Assembly (NCBI GenBank): GCA_951406725.2
Contig: OX597821.1
Span: 14,942,001 to 15,006,000, forward strand
DNA length: 64,000 nt
Direction of reading: 5' to 3'
Origin: Octopus vulgaris
Taxonomy: Eukaryota
The notes under the pieces are model-generated. The model saw nothing but the letters and a program-made list of their open reading frames with translations. It was not told the origin of the DNA and made no database searches. Below are positions 1-11,102 of the stretch, in pieces. Position numbers and translations under genes: made by a program. Position 1 is the stretch's first letter, and each line of letters starts with the position of its first letter.

Positions 1-16
1 ATATATATATATATAT

Positions 17-245
17 AACAGTTGAAACACTCCTGTCACAACCTCGGACCTCGAAGACTGCCTTAATACAAGAAAGTACACTAGTCCCTTAATATTTGAT
101 ATTCAATATTTCATCTATTCAATAAGGCAATCAATACTTCATTTCATTTTACTATATATGCTATTTATATTATATATTCTATATTCTACATTAATATTGT
201 AAAGAATATAAATTAAAAAAAAAAACAGACAGATTTGGAATTCCT

Positions 246-250
<5 letters not shown>
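17..250 (+). mobile_element. Short insert between (TA)n tracts carrying a hammerhead-like motif (probable PLE terminal-repeat remnant)
   Basis: 46-87 reads GGAC-CTCGAAGA-ctgccttaatacaa-GAAA-GTACAC-TA-GTCC. Stem I GGAC/GTCC is perfect, the core has one extra C, and stem II is weak. Flanked by (TA)n on both sides. Confidence 0.45.
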
Positions 251-314
<64 letters not shown>

Positions 315-332
315 CATATATAAAATACACGT

Positions 333-1197
333 ATTAATCAAAGGACGCATTAAAGTGTCTACCCGCTAGAAATAAGAGTTAAAACCCTCATTTGTACCGC
401 GTAAAAATATTTACACTGAAAATAACATTATATGCGTGCGAGCGAACCGAAAAAAATCTCTCGCATATAGCTTTAAGCTATATATTTAATGGAACAGGTA
501 TATATGTGGACAGGTTTGTGGTCTGATACAAAGATCTTACCTTCCTTAGCAATTTTAAACCCTTTGAAACATCTTCCCAGTCCGCCACGTTGAAATCTGT
601 TCGCGTCCTTAAATGTAATTTTAATTCTATAGCTATATAATGATGTTTTAGGCTTGCAACCACCTATATTGATATTTTTGTTATTATTGACTATTTGTAT
701 TCCCTTCGATAGTAATAACAATATCAATATCTATATAAATATTCGCTTCTGAATATTTTTGCTGCTGATTAGTCCTTTTCACACTGAGGCTGTCCACAAT
801 TTGGCGCTAAGCAATTAAGGTCAGATTTCAACGTGGTGGACTGGGAAGATGTTTCAAAGGGTTAAGATGTGCTGAAGAAGATAAGACTAGAAACCGGTCC
901 ACATATATACCTGTTCCATTAAATATATAGCTTTATGCTATATAGGTATGTGAGAGATCTTTTCGGTTCGCTCGCCCCTATACTGTTGAATCGTTTATTT
1001 TCAGTGTAAATATTTTTGGTAGTCCAAATGAGGGTTTTAATTCTAATTTCTAGCGGTTAGACACTTTAATATGTCCTTTGATTAATGTAATTTTAATTCT
1101 ATAGCCATATAATGCTGATTTAGGCCTGCAACGAACTACATTAATATTGTTGTTCAATATCAATATCTATATAAATATTCGCTTCTGAACATTTTTG

Positions 1198-1198
<1 letters not shown>
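333..1198. mobile_element. Inverted-repeat PLE-type terminal-repeat element inserted in (TA)n
   Basis: Arm 333-599 is the diverged reverse complement of 822-1086. Segment 612-761 is repeated directly at 1084-1198. Contains a hammerhead motif. (TA)n on both flanks. Confidence 0.7.
867..904 (+). ncRNA. Minimal type I hammerhead ribozyme motif
   Basis: ATGTG-CTGAAGA-agataagacta-GAAA-CCG-GTC-CACAT. 5-bp stem I, canonical core, palindromic CCGG stem III, GUC cleavage triplet. Stem II is decayed. Confidence 0.7.
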
Positions 1199-1265
<67 letters not shown>

Positions 1266-1270
<5 letters not shown>

Positions 1271-1560
1271 AAGTTGGTGTGTGAAAGCACGTGGTTGAAT
1301 ATATAGAAAATGGTAAAAAGTGGAAAAAATACAGAAGGTTTGTTTTAAAATAGTGTACATTTAAACACAAGCGAAAACTACCTTTAACAGGCAATTTTTA
1401 CATGCTAGAAGAAGCAGTCAATATGACAAAATCCACATTTAAGAGCAATTTTCGAAGGGAATGAAAACTAAAAACTTTTACCTATGTTATTTTTTGACTG
1501 CTTCTTCTAACGTGTAAAAATTACCTGTTAAAGGTAGTTTTCTATTTTATATTGAGAATA
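1266..1560. repeat. Inverted-repeat insert next to (TA)n, with a third copy at about 2238-2348
   Basis: 1373-1421 is the reverse complement of about 1494-1542. 2238-2348 is an inverted copy of about 1346-1452. Confidence 0.6.
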
Positions 1561-1629
1561 TGTTGTCTATTGACTTTCTATTCATGCTAGGCCACTGGTG
1601 GTGAAATTTCTAAGAATATTCGCTACCCT

Positions 1630-1685
<56 letters not shown>

Positions 1686-1899
1686 TAAAAAGATATCGAT
1701 CAGCATTATAATTAAAATAGAAGAAATAAAATAGTATAATCAACCCGATTCCAATGAAAATTGATGAGTAGGTGATATCAAATAGATAGTCTAATCCATT
1801 TGTAAAGATTACTAAGCATTCATACAGTTCGTCAGTGTAATATATGACCATGTAAATGCGTTTTTCAATCAGGAAATGTAAAAATGTATGCACACTAGG

Positions 1900-1990
1900 A
1901 TTGTCGTTAATGAATTGCGAGTTAACTCACCGGAGATATAATTTTAAATTATATCTTCGGCGTGTTAACTTGGGATTCCTTAACGACAAT
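1900..1990. repeat. Near-perfect 91-bp palindrome/hairpin
   Basis: ATTGTCGTTAA...GTTAAC..CCGGAGATATAATT-TT-AAATTATATCTTCGG..GTTAAC...TTAACGACAAT. Confidence 0.75.
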
Positions 1991-2422
1991 GTGATCTTCA
2001 TATAATTAAGGTATCCTCGGTCTAGTGAATAGCTAGCTGGCAACCTCTCGTTGATTAATTATTTCATTAGAAGATTTGCTAGTTAGGAGACATATGTGGC
2101 CTGAATTTTACTTGTTGCACTCCCTCAGTTTGAATATATATATATATATATATATACGTAAGATACATACATACACGCACATATATATATATATACGTAA
2201 GATACATATAATACGTAAGATACATATATAGGGTATATAAAATTGCTATTAAATGTGATTTTGGTCGTTTTGACTGCTTCTTCTAGCGTGTAAAAATTAC
2301 CTGTTAAAGGGTAGTTTTCTCTTGTGTTTAACTGTACACTATTTTATATTTAGTATATACACATACACATACATACAAAGCATTATCACTGGAAAGGCGT
2401 GTATAAATACCTATATACCTAT

Positions 2423-2473
<51 letters not shown>

Positions 2474-2885
2474 ACACGAATACATAATACACACACACAT
2501 AAGTAAGATCTTTAGAAAAAGTTTCATATGCTAAAAATATATAAACGTTCCTACAAGATTATATAAGGAAACGCACATACACGTATTTCTGTTCCCGGGT
2601 ACGTTTTCTAGTGTATTATGTTTGAAATATTTCAATATATTTCCTATGGAGTTGTAAGTATTATGGAACAAATTGTCTGCTAAATACAGGAAGTGAATTA
2701 ATCCTTGTTTCGATGCTAAGTTAAGAAATGTCACTATAGCATTTTAGAAAGGAAATATTTATTGTTAAACTTCTTCAGCGGAGGATATTGAATGTCGTAC
2801 AAATACTTTTATCGGAATATGTTATTCAAAATAAAATTTGTGGAAATAGATTTGAACTAAGTTAAAAGGCCAGTAGACTAGAGAA

Positions 2886-3300
2886 CTCTCTTTACTCTGT
2901 TTTACTCTTTTACTTGTTTCAGTCATGTGACTGCGGCCATGCTCGAGCACCGCCTTTTTAGTCTAGCAAATCGACCCCAGAACTTATTCTTTGTAAACCC
3001 AGTACTTATTCTATCGGTCTCTTTTGCCGAACCGCTAGCTTACGGAGACGTAAACACACCAGCATCGGTCGTCAAGCGATGCTAGGGGGACTAACAAACA
3101 CAGACACACAAACATACACATACATATATATATATACATATATACGACAGGCTTCTTTCAGTTTCCGTCTACGAAATCCACTCACAAGGCATTGGTCGGC
3201 CCGGGGCTATAGCAGAAGACACTTGCCCAAGATGCCACGTAGTGGGACTGAACCACACAGCCACTCCTGCGCTACTTACCACACAGCCACTCCTGCGCCT
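2886..3300 (-). mobile_element. tRNA-derived SINE family A (CORE-like segment, internal TA/TG microsatellite, GTAAAAGA tail)
   Basis: Near-identical to many copies in the window. Head AGGCGCAGGAGTGGCTGTGTGG with an A-box-like motif, CTTGGGCAAGTG segment, tandem (GTAAAAGA)n tail. The head is rearranged in this copy. Confidence 0.9.
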
Positions 3301-3658
3301 TTATAAATGAACGTATATAAATGCCCAATAAAACTCAAAAGGTTATGGACGCTTGTTTCAATCATTTCCATCCACCTTGAAGAGAGACATGAATATGTCT
3401 GGAGAAACTATGCAAATTCTTCATACGATCGAATTTAAGATTTTCATTTAAACTATATCCAACAGAAAAAGAATAAAGTGTATGTTATAGTGTATGTTGT
3501 TGGTACTGTAACATTCTTGTCGTCACTAAAATGTTGTGGCGGTATTCCGCGTTTTATTATACGTGAGTCACACCACTTTGTTACGTGGGAAGGGCTGCAC
3601 CATTTTCACTGCAACAGTATAATTGCGATTTATGTATGATCCATCCATCCACAAACCC

Positions 3659-3887
3659 ACCTACCTACCTACCTACCTACCTACCTACCTACCTACCTAC
3701 CTACCTACCTACCTACCTACGTACCTACCTACGTACCTACCTACGTACCTACCTACCTACCTACCTACGTACCTACCTACGTACCTACCTACGTACCTAC
3801 CTACGTACCTACGTACCTACCTACGTACCTACCTACCTACCTACCTACGTACCTACCTACGTACCTACCTACCTACCTACCTACCTA
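3659..3887. repeat. (CCTA/CGTA)n tetranucleotide microsatellite
   Basis: Direct tandem repeats. Confidence 0.95.
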
Positions 3888-3889
3888 AT

Positions 3890-4082
3890 TATGTTTCTGG
3901 CTTTGGGTAAAAGAATATGCTGGAAGATCACTTAATTATAATTTTATTCAACATGTTCCGCTATCAGATTCATAGACCTATTGAAGCAGTCCGTCAGCTT
4001 TTATAAGCCCCGTTAAAAGAGCTCGGACGTTTGGGCCTCCAAGTAGGACTTTCGTGACACCTTAAAGCCAAGAACTGTTCTC

Positions 4083-4088
<6 letters not shown>
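3890..4088. mobile_element. Possible degenerate mariner-derived MITE
   Basis: Right end AAAGCCAAGAAC...CCTCGTA (reverse complement TACGAGG, a mariner-like terminus). Left GTTTCTGGCTTT is partly complementary to it. Confidence 0.35.
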
Positions 4089-4117
<29 letters not shown>

Positions 4118-4127
4118 CTATATATAT

Positions 4128-4557
4128 AAGAAGAAGAAAATGGAGAGATTGGCATATAGACAGCAATTTATTGAAACAATTCCGAATTCGAACAATATCA
4201 AACTCGTAGAACCTACAATTGTTTCCGTGTCGAATCAATTAATTCAAATTAGAAAATTTAAATTAAAGATTCCTATTGAATCCTAGCTAACTGAACATTT
4301 CGTCGGGGTCAGAACTTGATAGTAAAAGGAACTACACCCCAATGTGTTGATATATCATTGCTAGACACAGCGTTAAATTCACCTGACGAAATGTTCAATT
4401 AACTATAATCCAATATAAATCTTTAATTTTCCCAATTTGAATTAATTGATTCGATATGGAAACAATTGTAGGTTCTACGAGTTTGATATTGTTCGAATTC
4501 GGAATTGATTCAATAAATTGATGTCTCTATGTCAATTTCTCTATTTTCTTCTTTTTC
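4128..4557. mobile_element. Inverted-repeat insert with a hammerhead-like motif in each arm
   Basis: Arms at about 4128-4310 and 4378-4557 are reverse complements. + arm: CTGACGA(4383)...GAAA-CAATT-GTA-GGTT. - arm: GACC-CCGACGA...GAAA-CAATT-GTA-GGTT. Confidence 0.7.
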
Positions 4558-4580
4558 TTATACGTAACATACCCATCTAT

Positions 4581-4984
4581 AGGTGCAGGAGTGGTAAGTA
4601 GCTTGTTTACTAACCACATGGTTCCGGGATCAGTCCCACTGCGTGGCATCTTGGGCAAGTGTCTTCTGCTATAGCCCCGGGCCGACCAATGCCTTGTGAG
4701 TGGATTTGGTAGACGGAAACTGAAAGAAGCCTGTCGTATATATGTATATATATATATATATATATGCGTGTATGCTTGTGTGTCTGTGCTTGTCCCCTAG
4801 CATTGCTTGACAACCGATGCTGGTGTGTTTATGTCCCCTTTAATTAGCAGTTCGGCAAAAGAGACCGATAGAATAAGTACTGGGCTTACATAGAATAAGT
4901 CCCGGGGTTGAGTTGCTCGACTAAAGGCGGTGCTCCAGCATGACCGAAGTCAAATGACTGAAACAAGTAAAAGAGTAAAGAGTA
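4581..4984 (+). mobile_element. SINE family A
   Basis: Near full-length match to the family. Confidence 0.9.
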
Positions 4985-5090
4985 TACACACGAATGTGAA
5001 GCTAGCATCTTTTAGTATTTCACTGATATACTGGATAAAACTGGGGAACTTGCAAGCTGACATTCTTTTAAGAGATATCTATATGCTTGA

Positions 5091-5288
<198 letters not shown>

Positions 5289-5338
5289 TGTCTGTGCGTG
5301 TTTCTGTGTGTCTGTTTGCTGTCCTCACCTGACCACGG

Positions 5339-5520
5339 CTTTATATATATTTATATATAGCCCAATATAATTCAAAACTAACGCAGCGAAAATTTTGAAA
5401 AGTTACCCCAGTTCTGAAAAAAATCGATAAATTCGACATGGGGTCGAGAATATAACTCTCTAAAACTGCTTTATAGTTATTTCCCTTACAAACCTGAGCA
5501 ACGCCGGGCGATACTGCTAG
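5339..5520 (+). mobile_element. Non-autonomous Helitron 3' end (same family as 11565-11960)
   Basis: Ends ACAAACCTGAGCAACGCCGGGCGATACTGCTAG followed by T. The 5' boundary is uncertain. Confidence 0.65.
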
Positions 5521-5872
5521 TATATATTTAAATACTGTGGGCAGTTTCATTCAGATAAAATCAGGAAGCAACCTGAGTCTGATTTTCTCCTGTAAGAGGA
5601 AGGAACTTATACTATTGCACTTCAGAAGAGAAAAGGACAAGAAGAAAAACGTTGAAACGAGTGAATGTACACAAAAAAAGTGCAGTAACCAATCATCATT
5701 TTAAATAAATAATTTTGAACTTAAACAAAGGCACAAAAAGCGGTCAATGTGTAATATTAATTATACATGAATCATAGTTGATATTTTATTCTTACTTTTC
5801 ACTTGAAGAGACTTCAATTCCCATTGTTTCAATTCATTTAATGTATTGCATTTATTATTCATTGACAATGTT

Positions 5873-6388
5873 AGGTCGGCGAATTGCCAGAATTGTTTAG
5901 TTAACATGCCGGATAAATGCTAGGCGCCATTTCTTCCGGCTTTAAATTCTGAGTTCAAATTTCACTGAGGTCGATTTTGTGTTTCATCCTTTCTAGTTCG
6001 ATAATATAAGTACCAGTTGAACATTAGAGTAGTTGTAATCGACTATTCCACCCCTGCGAGAAAAATATCTGGCTTTGTGCATTATTTACATTATTTACAT
6101 TCGACGGATATTTTTCCTCATCTTGTTTGTTATTAACGCAACCTTTCAGCTGATATACCTTCCAGTCTTCTTCAGCTATCTTGGGGAAATTTCGAACCTG
6201 GGTTTTCATTCCTAAAGAAGGCTGGGGGCGGGTATATCAGCCGAAACGTTGTGTTTACAACAAACAAGATGAGGACAAATATCGGTTGAATGTAAATAAT
6301 GTAAATAATGTAACTAATGCACATAATTCCACATCTGTTAAATATAGAACTGTATTTCCAGGCTTTGTGCCTATATAAGAAAGAAGCA
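5873..6388 (+). mobile_element. SINE family B (Meta-domain-like), degenerate, interrupted by the insert at 6083-6355
   Basis: GAGTTCAAAT B-box-like motif, TTTCATCCTTTC...GATAATATAAGTACCAG. GGCTTTGTGC is duplicated at 6071 and 6361 around the insert. Confidence 0.7.
6083..6355. mobile_element. Inverted-repeat PLE-type insert with decayed hammerhead motifs
   Basis: Arms 6083-6176 and 6213-6309. + arm CTAAAGA-A-GGCTG...CAGCC-GAAA-C-GTT-GTGT. - arm CTGAAGA-A-GACTG...CAGCT-GAAA-G-GTT-GCGT. Relatives at 32800-32925 and 61910-62340. Confidence 0.7.
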
Positions 6389-6399
6389 TATAATTCTGC

Positions 6400-6963
6400 T
6401 TGGTACTCTGTTACTTAGCCCGTTCGTAACGCTTCCAAGAGATTAGTTGAAGGGGGAGAGGAGGGATGTGAGGTGGGCAGGATCTAGGGAGGTGAGGGGA
6501 GACAGGGAAGGAACAGGAGAAGGAGAGATAGGGAATAGACAGGGGATGAGAGAGGGAGTTTGTGATGTGTGAAATGTGTAATTTTAAAAACTAAGTTTTT
6601 GTTCTTCGTTACTTAGCCCGTCTGTAACGCTTTCACGTGATTAGTTGAAAGGAAAGGCGAAGAGCGAAAGAAAAATGAATGAGTAAAAAAAAAGGGTATG
6701 TCGTAGGGTCAGAAAGAAAGAGACAGAGTGCAGTATATTAAATCTATAAAATTATGCATAAAGGATATAAAACGTATATATAAAGTGCATTAAGCAATTT
6801 TCGTATACCAGTTTCCTTCACTTTGCAATGATTTGCAGATGAGCGACTATCTTTTGATATAGACACACCACAGGCTACGTTTTCAGGTTTTTTGAATAAG
6901 GTTTTCTGAAGTAACCCGATAAGTTTACCATTAATTCCATGAAATATTCATGGGTCCCGCTAG
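6400..6963 (+). mobile_element. Possible non-autonomous Helitron (second family)
   Basis: 3' hairpin CCATGAAATATTCATGG followed by GTCCCG-CTAG|T. Internal ~40-bp direct repeats at 6410 and 6608. 5' end not resolved. Confidence 0.4.
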
Positions 6964-7179
6964 TTATTATATATTTATGATATTCATTGTAGCGACTGCT
7001 TGTTGATATTGCAGTCATTGTTGAAATTCTCTAATGCTTCTGTTTCTTTCTTTCTTTCTTTCTTTCTTTAATGATTCTTCTTTTCTTCTTTTTGGTTCTG
7101 TAACCATAACAATCTGCTTACCGGGTTTATGCATAAATATCAGGTCCCTTGGGTGTCCGAAATGATTTTGAATGCGTGC

Positions 7180-7210
<31 letters not shown>

Positions 7211-7250
7211 CATACATACATACATACATACATACATACATACATACATA

Positions 7251-7655
7251 CAGGAGTGACTGTGTGGTAAGTAGCTTGCTTACAAACCACATGGTTCCGG
7301 GTTCAGTCCCACTGCATGGCATCTTGGGCAAGTGTCTTCTGCTATAGCCCCAGGCCGACCAATGCCTTGTGAGTGGATTTGGTAGACGGAAACTGACAGA
7401 AGCCTGTCGTATATATGTATATATATGTATGTGTGTGTATGTTTGTGTGTCTGTGTTTGTCCCCCTACCATTGCTTGACAACCGATGCTGGTGTGTTTAC
7501 GTCCCCGTCACTTAGCGGTTCGGCAAAAAGAGACCGATAGAATAAGTACTGGGATTACAAAGAATAAGTCCAGGGGTCGATTTGCTCGACTAAAGGCGGT
7601 GCTCCAGCATGGCCGCAGTCAAATGACTGAAACAAGTAAAATAGAAATAGAAATA
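7251..7655 (+). mobile_element. SINE family A
   Basis: Family match, preceded by (CATA)n. Confidence 0.9.
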
Positions 7656-8389
7656 GATATGTGTGTGAATGTCTATATATATGTATATATATATATAAAA
7701 TATGCGTGTGTGTGTATGTATGTGGTTAAGATGTGGTATGTATGTCATGCATATATCTATGCATGTATGCAGTGCACATTGAAATTGCTTATTGAACGGC
7801 CTTTTGACATTTTCTGATATTTTGCAGATACCATACATTTCACCTGCATACATTTTTTCAAGTTGTTCGTTCGCAATAAGAATCTATGTAGGTTAAACTT
7901 ACTCCATATTATCACAATATTGGCAAGTGATGGAATCTGATTTCAACAGACATCTGAAATCATTAGTAAATAAATTTTAAAAAGTAAATATAAATTTAAT
8001 AACCGTATTAATAGATATAATTGAATGATATTGTTTAAATACAATATTGGATATTTATGCAGAGATGAAGGAAAACAGGGATTTGTGCAGTTAAAAAATA
8101 ATGATTTTTGTAACGTATAAGATGTCGAAACTGGTAAACGAATTTTCGAAGCTAACACCCTTTAACTAGGCTTTGTATCAAGATATAAAATAGTTTTTAG
8201 TGACAGGCAATCAATATAATCTTTAAGATAGTGTGAAATTTGTATCATTTGTATGTAGGTAAATTTACGGTTCCTACAAGAAAAGCTTTTATTTAACGAA
8301 ACTCCGAAACTCTTCAAAACTCAGAACTCTTCAACCTATAAGTAAATATTCAAAAGTTGCTCATCAGCTGCTCATCAGAGAGGTATATA

Positions 8390-8587
8390 TCTTTTACTTG
8401 TTTCAGTTATTAAGCTGCAGCCATGTTGGGGCTCTGCCTTGAAGAATTTTTGTCGAACTTATCCTGTTCAGGACTTACAAGTGTAAAGACCGATACTTTT
8501 TCGATCGGTCTATTTTGCCGAGACACATCAACAATGATTGTAAAGCAGTGGTGAGGGACGAAAACATACACAAAGACATAGATAAAC

Positions 8588-8626
<39 letters not shown>

Positions 8627-8750
8627 AGCCTTCTTTCAGCTTCCACGTACCTAACCTACTGCAAAGGCTTTGGTTAGCTCGAGGTTATGGTAGAAGACAC
8701 TTGCTGTGGCACTCAATCGGATTCATGTATTTGTGAGGAAAATCTCTAAG
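8390..8750 (-). mobile_element. SINE family A, old and degenerate
   Basis: CTTTTACTTGTTTCAG...AGAAGACACTTGC. Confidence 0.7.
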
Positions 8751-8761
8751 CTCAAGGACAC

Positions 8762-8878
8762 GAAAGGATAAAAGGTAAAGTCGATCTTGGCGGAATTCGA
8801 ACACAGAACCTAAAGTTGGATGAAATGCTGCTTAGCGTTTTGCCAGCTGCGGTAACGATTCTGCCAGCACACCGCCCT
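8762..8878 (-). mobile_element. SINE family B 5' part
   Basis: CGAAAGGATAAAAGGTAAAGTCGA...ACGATTCTGCCAGC. Confidence 0.7.
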
Positions 8879-9064
8879 AATATATATGAATTTAGAAATA
8901 GTTTAGAAATATACATGAGTTTAGAAATAGTAAAATCTGTATAGAAGCCGGTGAAGTGGATTGTACATGTATTGCAAAAGAGGCAATTGTCACACAGTCA
9001 CTCTGACTTACATATCTGTAAAATGCCCACATACATATAAGCTAATTCTGGAACATGTGATTTA

Positions 9065-10337
9065 TTAGGTTGTCAAGAAAGTTCTTGCAGAATTTTTAAT
9101 TTTGGTTTTTAAATGATGTATTTTCAAATTAATTTTCGTTAAATTACATGGACTTTATATATCATATTAAAGCCCATTTTTCGCTTTAGCTAATCGTGTT
9201 ACTCTTTTTCTTTTTGAATAATTAGTCAATTTTTTCCCGGAACGTTGAATACAACATGGATATAAAGCAAATTCGCACAATTTTCTGATTCCAGTTCAAG
9301 CTAGGCCGAAAAGCTGCTGAAACAATTCGCGATATCAACGATGAATTTGGCCGAAGAACCACTAATGAGCGTACAGCACAATGGTAGTTCAAGAAATTTC
9401 GTAGCGGTGACGAGACTCTTGAAGATGATAAGCGTAGTGGTTAGTTATCGGATGTTGACAACGATCAACTAAGAGCCTTAGTCGAAGCCAATCTACACAC
9501 AACTGTTCAAGAGCTTGCTTCTGAATTAGACGTAACGTATACGACTATTTTCAACCACTTGAAAGAGATTGGAAAAACAAAAATACCTCAGAAATGGACG
9601 ACAACAACCCTCCCCGCCAAAAAAAAACGCCGATTTGAAATGTCGACTTGACTTCTTTTACGCAACAAGAACGACCCGTTTCTCGACCGGATTGTGATTT
9701 GCAATGAAAAGTGGATTCTTTACGATAACCGGTAACGCTCAGCTCAGTGGTTGGACGCCGACGAAGCTCCACAGAACTTCCCGAAGCCAAAGTTGCATCA
9801 AAAGAAGGTCATAGTGACTGTTTGGTGGTCTGCGGCCGGTCTCATCCATCACAGCTTTTTGGATCCAGTTGAAACCATTACGGCGGAGGTGTGCTGTCAG
9901 CAAATGGATGAAATGCATAAGAAACTCCAACATCAACTACAGCCAGCATTGGTCAATAGAAAAGGACCAATTCTTCTCCACGACAACGCTCAGCAGCTCG
10001 TCGCACAACTAACCCTGCAGAAGTTGAACGAATTGGGCTACGAAACTCTGCCTCATCCTCCATACTCACCAGACCTCTCGCCTACCACTTTTCAAGCAAC
10101 TCGAAAACTTCCTGTGTGAGAAATACTTAAAAAACCAAGACGATGCCAAACACGCCTTCAACGACTTCATCGCTACCAGAACGCAGATTTTCTTCGCTAC
10201 TAGCATAAATAAACTTGTTTCGCGTTGGCAAAAGTGTGTTGATTCTAACGGTGTTTATTTCGATTGATAAAGTTTGTATGAGACGAGATATGTGAATTTA
10301 AAGGTTAAAAACCGCAATAACTTTCTTGACAACTTAA
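9065..10337 (+). mobile_element. Full-length mariner transposon (Hsmar1/cecropia-like), ~1.27 kb
   Basis: TIRs TTAGGTTGTCAAGAAAGTT / AACTTTCTTGACAACTTAA, TA duplications at 9063 and 10338, internal transposase. Confidence 0.92.
9256..10267 (+). pseudogene. Mariner transposase pseudogene
   Basis: MDIKQIRTIF*FQFKLGRKAAET...FKKFRSGD..., LLHDNA, LPHPPYSPDLSP, ends GVYFD*. Several stops and frameshifts. Confidence 0.92.
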
Positions 10338-10507
10338 TAGCTGTGAAATGTCGGATATCCATTATGATACATATTTGCATATGGACACATACACGCACAC
10401 AAAACACACACACACACACACATAAACACAGACACACACATCAGAGGGGCATGTACATGTGCGTGTACGCGTACCTTTTGCTAATGAGCGTTCTTAGTTG
10501 ATATAAG

Positions 10508-10894
10508 TGGAGGTGCAATGGCCCAGTGGTTAGGGCAGCGGACTCGCGGTCATAGGATCGCAGTTTCGATTCCCAGACCGGGCGTTTGTGAGTGTTTATT
10601 GAGCGAAAACACCTAAAGCTCCACGAGGCTACGGCAGGGGATGGTAAGATCCCTGCTGTACTCTTTCACCACAACTTTCTCTCACTCTTACTTCCTGTTT
10701 CTGTTGTACCTGTATTTCAAAGGGCCGGCCTTGTCACTCTCTGTGTCACGCTGAATATCCCCGAGATCTACGTTAAGGGTACACGTGTCTGTGGAGTGCT
10801 CAGCCACTTACACGTTAATTTCACGAGCAAGCTGTTCCGTTGATTCGGATCAACCGGAACCCTCGTCGTCGTAACCGAAGGAGTGCTTCCATCC
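10508..10894 (+). mobile_element. tRNA-derived SINE family C, tail type 1
   Basis: A-box TGGCCCAGTGG and B-box GTTTCGATTCC. 12-bp TSD AGTTGATATAAG at 10496-10507 and 10895-10906. Confidence 0.88.
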
Positions 10895-11102
10895 AGTTGA
10901 TATAAGCATCGACTGGGAAACTGATGACTGTATGAAGTTCCATGAGGTCTTCACGCTACATCGAGACACACAGATATTAAGAGGGCAGTCAATTTTATGG
11001 GCCAAACATCTGACTGGTACCTAAATCTTATCGAGCATAGAGAAATATAAAAAGACAAAATCGACTTCAGCGGTATCCAAAATGTGGAATGCGTAAGAAG
11101 TA

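Noticed and set aside
1400-1440. Hammerhead in the 1266-1560 repeat (CTAGAAGA...GAC-AAAA)
   Set aside because: No GAAA, no cleavage triplet and no stem I closure in any copy.
3079-3306. Recurrent ORFs such as [17 protein letters not shown] and GSAKETDRISTGLTKNK
   Set aside because: Chance frames within SINE family A, not a protein family.
10508-10585. tRNA gene
   Set aside because: The tRNA-like head continues into a SINE body bounded by TSDs.
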